This document shows positions 59,877 to 64,000 of a stretch of DNA of 64,000 nt, in pieces. A model generated the notes under the pieces. The model saw nothing but the letters and a program-made list of their open reading frames with translations, had not been told where the DNA came from and did not search any database. Within the stretch, counting starts at the first letter, position 1. Every line of letters begins with the position of its first letter. The DNA comes from the human T2T-CHM13v2.0 reference genome, Homo sapiens. Made by a program: the position numbers and the translations under genes. The stretch lies in assembly GCF_009914755.1 (NCBI RefSeq), contig NC_060937.1, one strand, 5' to 3'.

Positions 59877-60304
59877 AGAGGTGACATTTAACTATGAAAA
59901 TAGCATAATTAAAGAGACAATTTGAGAAAAGTCATCTAGATTTGATGAGAATCTAGACAGAAGAAAACTAGTTAAAGGGATATTTGTTGAATAACAGTGT
60001 CTCACACACACAGCTACCTCCCATCTTTGTTCCCATCCCCCTTGCTTCCCTCAGCCTTCCCAGTCCCAGGGAGTGGCCATACCACCCACCCAGTTGCCCA
60101 GGACAGAAATCTCCATCATCAAATTAAGTACCACCTCCAAGAAGAAGTTTTCTCTGACCTCAGTTATTCAATCAACCCCCTCCTCTACTTTTCCTTTATT
60201 TCACCTCATATAATCTAAATTAGAGAGCTCCCATTTGTCTGGGAAATCATTTGTTTCATGCCTGTCTTCCTATACCATGTAGCTGGAGGATAAGACCTAA
60301 TACT

Positions 60305-62005
60305 GTACAAATGTCAATCCTTCCTACTTAATATACAAAATTTAAAACAATTTCAATCAGAATCCCAACAAGGGTTATTCTGGAAGTTGAAAAGTTATTC
60401 CTAAAGTTCATTGGAAAACAAAACATGGAAGAATTACCAATAAATTTTTGAAATAAGACTAATGAAGAAGGCATGGCCTATAAAAGATATTAAAACACAG
60501 GACAAAGCTACTACAATTAAATTAGTATGGTATGGGAAAAGGAACACACAAAAAAACAAGGTAAAACAGTTGAAAGTCCAAAAACAAATCCAAATGTATA
60601 TAGGGATTTCTTATATGACAAAAATGTCCTTTTAAATAAATGGAGAAACTATGGATTATTCAACAAATGATATTGGGACACCTGATCCAACTGGAAATTA
60701 AGTTAGCTCTCCAAATCACTGTTTCAAAACCTAACTCTTAAAGCCCAGATAGACAAAAACAAAATAAGCAAAACAACAAACAAAAAACTAGGAAAACCTC
60801 TCCAAGCATTAGAGAAAAAAAAGAATGTTTTAATAATCTTAGGATAAATGAAAATGTCCCAATTAAAATTAAAACTCAAAAAACCACTTGCAAACAACCA
60901 ATATGGAAAACTACAATTTTAAGAAACAATCTGCACAGGAACCACACACATTCCATGAATGTCTTTGATTTCCACTGCCCAAAGGGTGGTCAAAACCCAC
61001 CTAAAAAGGGTCTATGTGGAAATTTAAAAAGACTGACTGAGTTGATGAAAGATGTGGAGCAACTGAACTCTCAAACACCGTTAGGGACAGTGTGAGTTGG
61101 TACAAGGACTTTGGAAAACTATTTGGCAACAGCTACTGTACTAAACATATGCCTACCCTTTGACTCAGCAATTTCATCCCTAGATATATATTCAAGAAAA
61201 AGAAATGCCCATGTTCACCAAAAGACATGTACAAGAATTAATAGCCAAGAAGAGCCCCAAAATAGACACACAAATGTCCATCAGCAGGGAAGAGATAAAC
61301 TGTAGTATATTCACACAATAGAATGCTATAAGGTAATAAATAAGAACAAACTACTGCTACATGAAACAACAGGTATGAATCATATAGATAAAATCATTAA
61401 GCAAAAGAAGATATAAAATATTACACAGTGTATGACTCCACTTTTATGAGGTTCAAGAACAAGCAAAACTAAGTCAGAATACCCTTTCCCTCCGATTGGG
61501 AAGTAGGGGGTGATACTGACTAGCAGAAAGTAAAAGAGAGTCTTCCAGAGTGTTGGAAATGTTCAATCTCATCATTTGGGTGCTGGTTATAGATCATACA
61601 CACACATCCATGTACATACAAATCCATCTATATACATAAAATTATGCAAACATGTATACCCACAAATATAGCCACATACACACATACTTCTGAAAACATA
61701 CACAATCATCTATATACATACATATACATAAATGTGTATACACATATCATATACACAAATGTGTATACACATACACAGATATCTGCATACACACATGGAT
61801 ACATACATGTATATATACATAGCTACATGCACACATACACACTATACACATCCACGTGTGTGCCCATGCATGCATATGTGCTCACAAGCTTTGCATATAT
61901 GTGTATATATGCATATGTAGATGCACTTTTTTATAAACATATAAACTAATGAAGTTCAATTAAGATTTGTGTCTTTTATGTATGTCAATAAAACTATAAA
62001 AAGCA
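60305..62005 (+). mobile_element. Old L1 (L1MC/ME-like) fragments with an embedded (CA/TA)-rich low-complexity tract (~61595-61925)
   Basis: L1 ORF2/3' remnants (aatcagaatcccaaca, ttattcaacaaatg, gatgtggagcaactgaactctca, catgttcaccaaaagacatgtacaagaat). Confidence 0.72.
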
Positions 62006-62124
62006 AAAAGAATCTATATATGATATACCAAAATTATTCAATCTGGCAACAATATGAAATCCAATCCATTCATCCATTCATTCAACATGTATTAATGAAG
62101 TGCTGGTTTTGTAATAGGCAATGA

Positions 62125-62350
62125 TTTGAGGTTAATATCAGAATGTAAGCAGCACTGTGACTGCCTAGATACAAACCCTGGCTCCTTCATTACTAGCTGT
62201 GAGACATTAATCAAGTTACTTACCTTTTCTGTAAACTGTCAAGATACTAATGTCATTTATTTCAGAGATTTGTTTCTATGTTTAAATGAGTTAATATTTG
62301 TTAAGGTCGTAGAAATGTGCCAGGCACACAGTGAATGCTATTCAAGTGTT
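62125..62350 (+). mobile_element. MIR
   Basis: ctggctccttcattactagctgtga...aaatgagttaatatttgt. Confidence 0.7.
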
Positions 62351-62493
62351 TGATAAATAAAGTAGGTCACATTAGCCTCTGTTCTCCAAACATGGACAGA
62401 ATTGATGTGCTTTCTTCTCTTCCATGATCATTTCTAATTTAGAAAACAAAACACAGCAAAACTAACAAATATTCCAAAAATGAATGAACATAC

Positions 62494-62636
62494 TGCATTA
62501 ATCCCCAAGGTTTCCAGTTTCTCCATCAAGTTCTGCTCCACCATTGTTCTTAGTCCCTTAGTGAGGGAGGAGTTACTCTTCAAAGCTTTCCTTAAATGCA
62601 TTTTGTTGTTATTTAATTTCTGTTCATTTTCCCTTC
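62494..62636 (-). CDS. DZIP1: DZIP1 internal coding exon (GRENEQKLNNNKMHLRKALKS...KLETLGINA)
   Basis: tttcag| acceptor, |gtatgt donor, 143 nt, open frame, phase 0 end. Upstream exons lie beyond the window. Confidence 0.93.
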
Positions 62637-63067
62637 CTGAAATAAGGTTTTAAAAATGTGTTAAAAAAAGAATTAAGCAAATACATCAAAAATCTCTAAG
62701 CAGAAAATGGCAAACCACAGCTTTTAAGCAGCAAGTAAGTATTTGTGATGTTTTAAAGTTTTTGGATATTTTAGTCACTCAGCACAATACAGAATGCTTA
62801 AGTTATGCAGCTTTTAAAACTATTTTATGTCGGCTTCAAAACTTCAGTATTTTCAAAGACTGGATCACTTAATCAGATGACAACTATAGATATATATGTA
62901 TCTATAGAAGCATGATGGAAAAAAAATTTATTTAGGAGTTTAATGTTTTATCACTAGAATTATATCACTATTTCCTGAAAAATTCATCTCCAAGCTCACT
63001 CAGTTAGAATTTATGTATCATCTTATGAAGAAAAAGCCCAATTTACTTTAAATAATTAAAACTTTTT

Positions 63068-63182
63068 GGCCAGGCTCAGTGGCTCACACCTGTAATCCCA
63101 GCACTTTCGGAGGTTAAGGTGAGTGGATCACTTGGACCCAGGAGTTTGAGATTAGCCTGAACAACATAGCGAGATCCCATTT
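63068..63182 (+). mobile_element. Alu monomer (FLAM-like)
   Basis: Left monomer consensus. Confidence 0.82.
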
Positions 63183-64000
63183 CAATTTATTTTAAATATA
63201 AAAATTTTTTTTCAAAGTTTTTTAGTTACTAGAAGCTAAGTACATATAAAATTTCAAGATGTGAAAATCATTATCCCCTTCAAAATATTTACCAAAATGA
63301 AAAAGGATAACAAAAGTCTTAGCAAAAGTGTATTTTGTTTAAAACAACCTATAATTAAAAACAAAGAAACCAAAAACAATAGGACATATTCTCCTCACTT
63401 CCATCCCTATCCCTTTTTTATTCCCCACTTAAAAAAAAAAGTCAAGTTCAAGACAGTTTGGAGAAGAATGATGGCATAACCTTTAAAAATCTGAGTCCTT
63501 ATGTACAAAGGAACAGAAGACTTCATTAAAGAGATGCGACGTTTGGCAGTTCAGACCCTTACTGACTGTCAAAAGCCTGATCTGGGAGAAATGTGACAAC
63601 TATACTACCATTTTGGAGTCTAATCTCCTAACAGGGGCATTTTGCCCACCAAAGGGTGGCATCAAATGCCATTTCCTAGGTGTAGGGCTCCAGGCCACCC
63701 GAGAGACTCTCCCTTCTGCTGCTGCCTCACCCATCTCAGCAGACAGGATTCTTAATACCCATACTACTTGGATTTGCAGGAGATCTTGAACAAAATGCCT
63801 TTTTGTTTAAGATGTTTTCTAAACACCAGTTCAATTCCCACATTAAAAAATATTTCTATTAAATAAATAGATGGTTTTATTGAAAGCAAAATTAGTCAAA
63901 TTACTTTTGTGTACATTAAATAGAAGAACAAAATCCTGCACAAAAATACTATTCTATGTTTTGCTATTGCAGCTTGCTAAGCTGAAGTGATAAAACTGCA

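Noticed and set aside
61644-61949. His/Tyr/Thr-rich ORFs
   Set aside because: Translation of CA/TA low-complexity sequence.

Overview
Primate (almost certainly human) genomic DNA from the CLDN10/DZIP1 locus. On the + strand the complete claudin-10b CDS can be assembled from five exons with canonical GT-AG junctions: 21292-21511, 28674-28835, 28924-29005, 45781-45888 and 46450-46564, totalling 687 nt (228 aa, ending in the PDZ-binding YV motif). It starts in a CpG island. The first ~21 kb are expected to be intron 1 of the alternative CLDN10a transcript, whose exon 1a lies outside the window. On the - strand the last eight coding exons of DZIP1 (62636 to 50784) assemble in frame and end ...DWSDTSDV*. 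The two genes converge tail-to-tail. The rest is mostly Alu, L1, L2, MIR, MaLR LTR, MADE1, MER85 and microsatellite sequence, and most ORF-track entries are repeat-derived noise. I see no evidence of a new multi-gene system. The most interesting unexplained signals are: (i) a palindromic bidirectional poly(A) signal between the two genes; (ii) a recursive-splice-site-like start of CLDN10 exon 4; (iii) a 255-codon intronic DZIP1 ORF bracketed by an in-frame acceptor and an AATAAA; (iv) a MER85 with an extended palindrome in the shared 3' UTR zone; (v) template-switch-like inverted repeats. Repeat boundaries and subfamily names are by-eye estimates.
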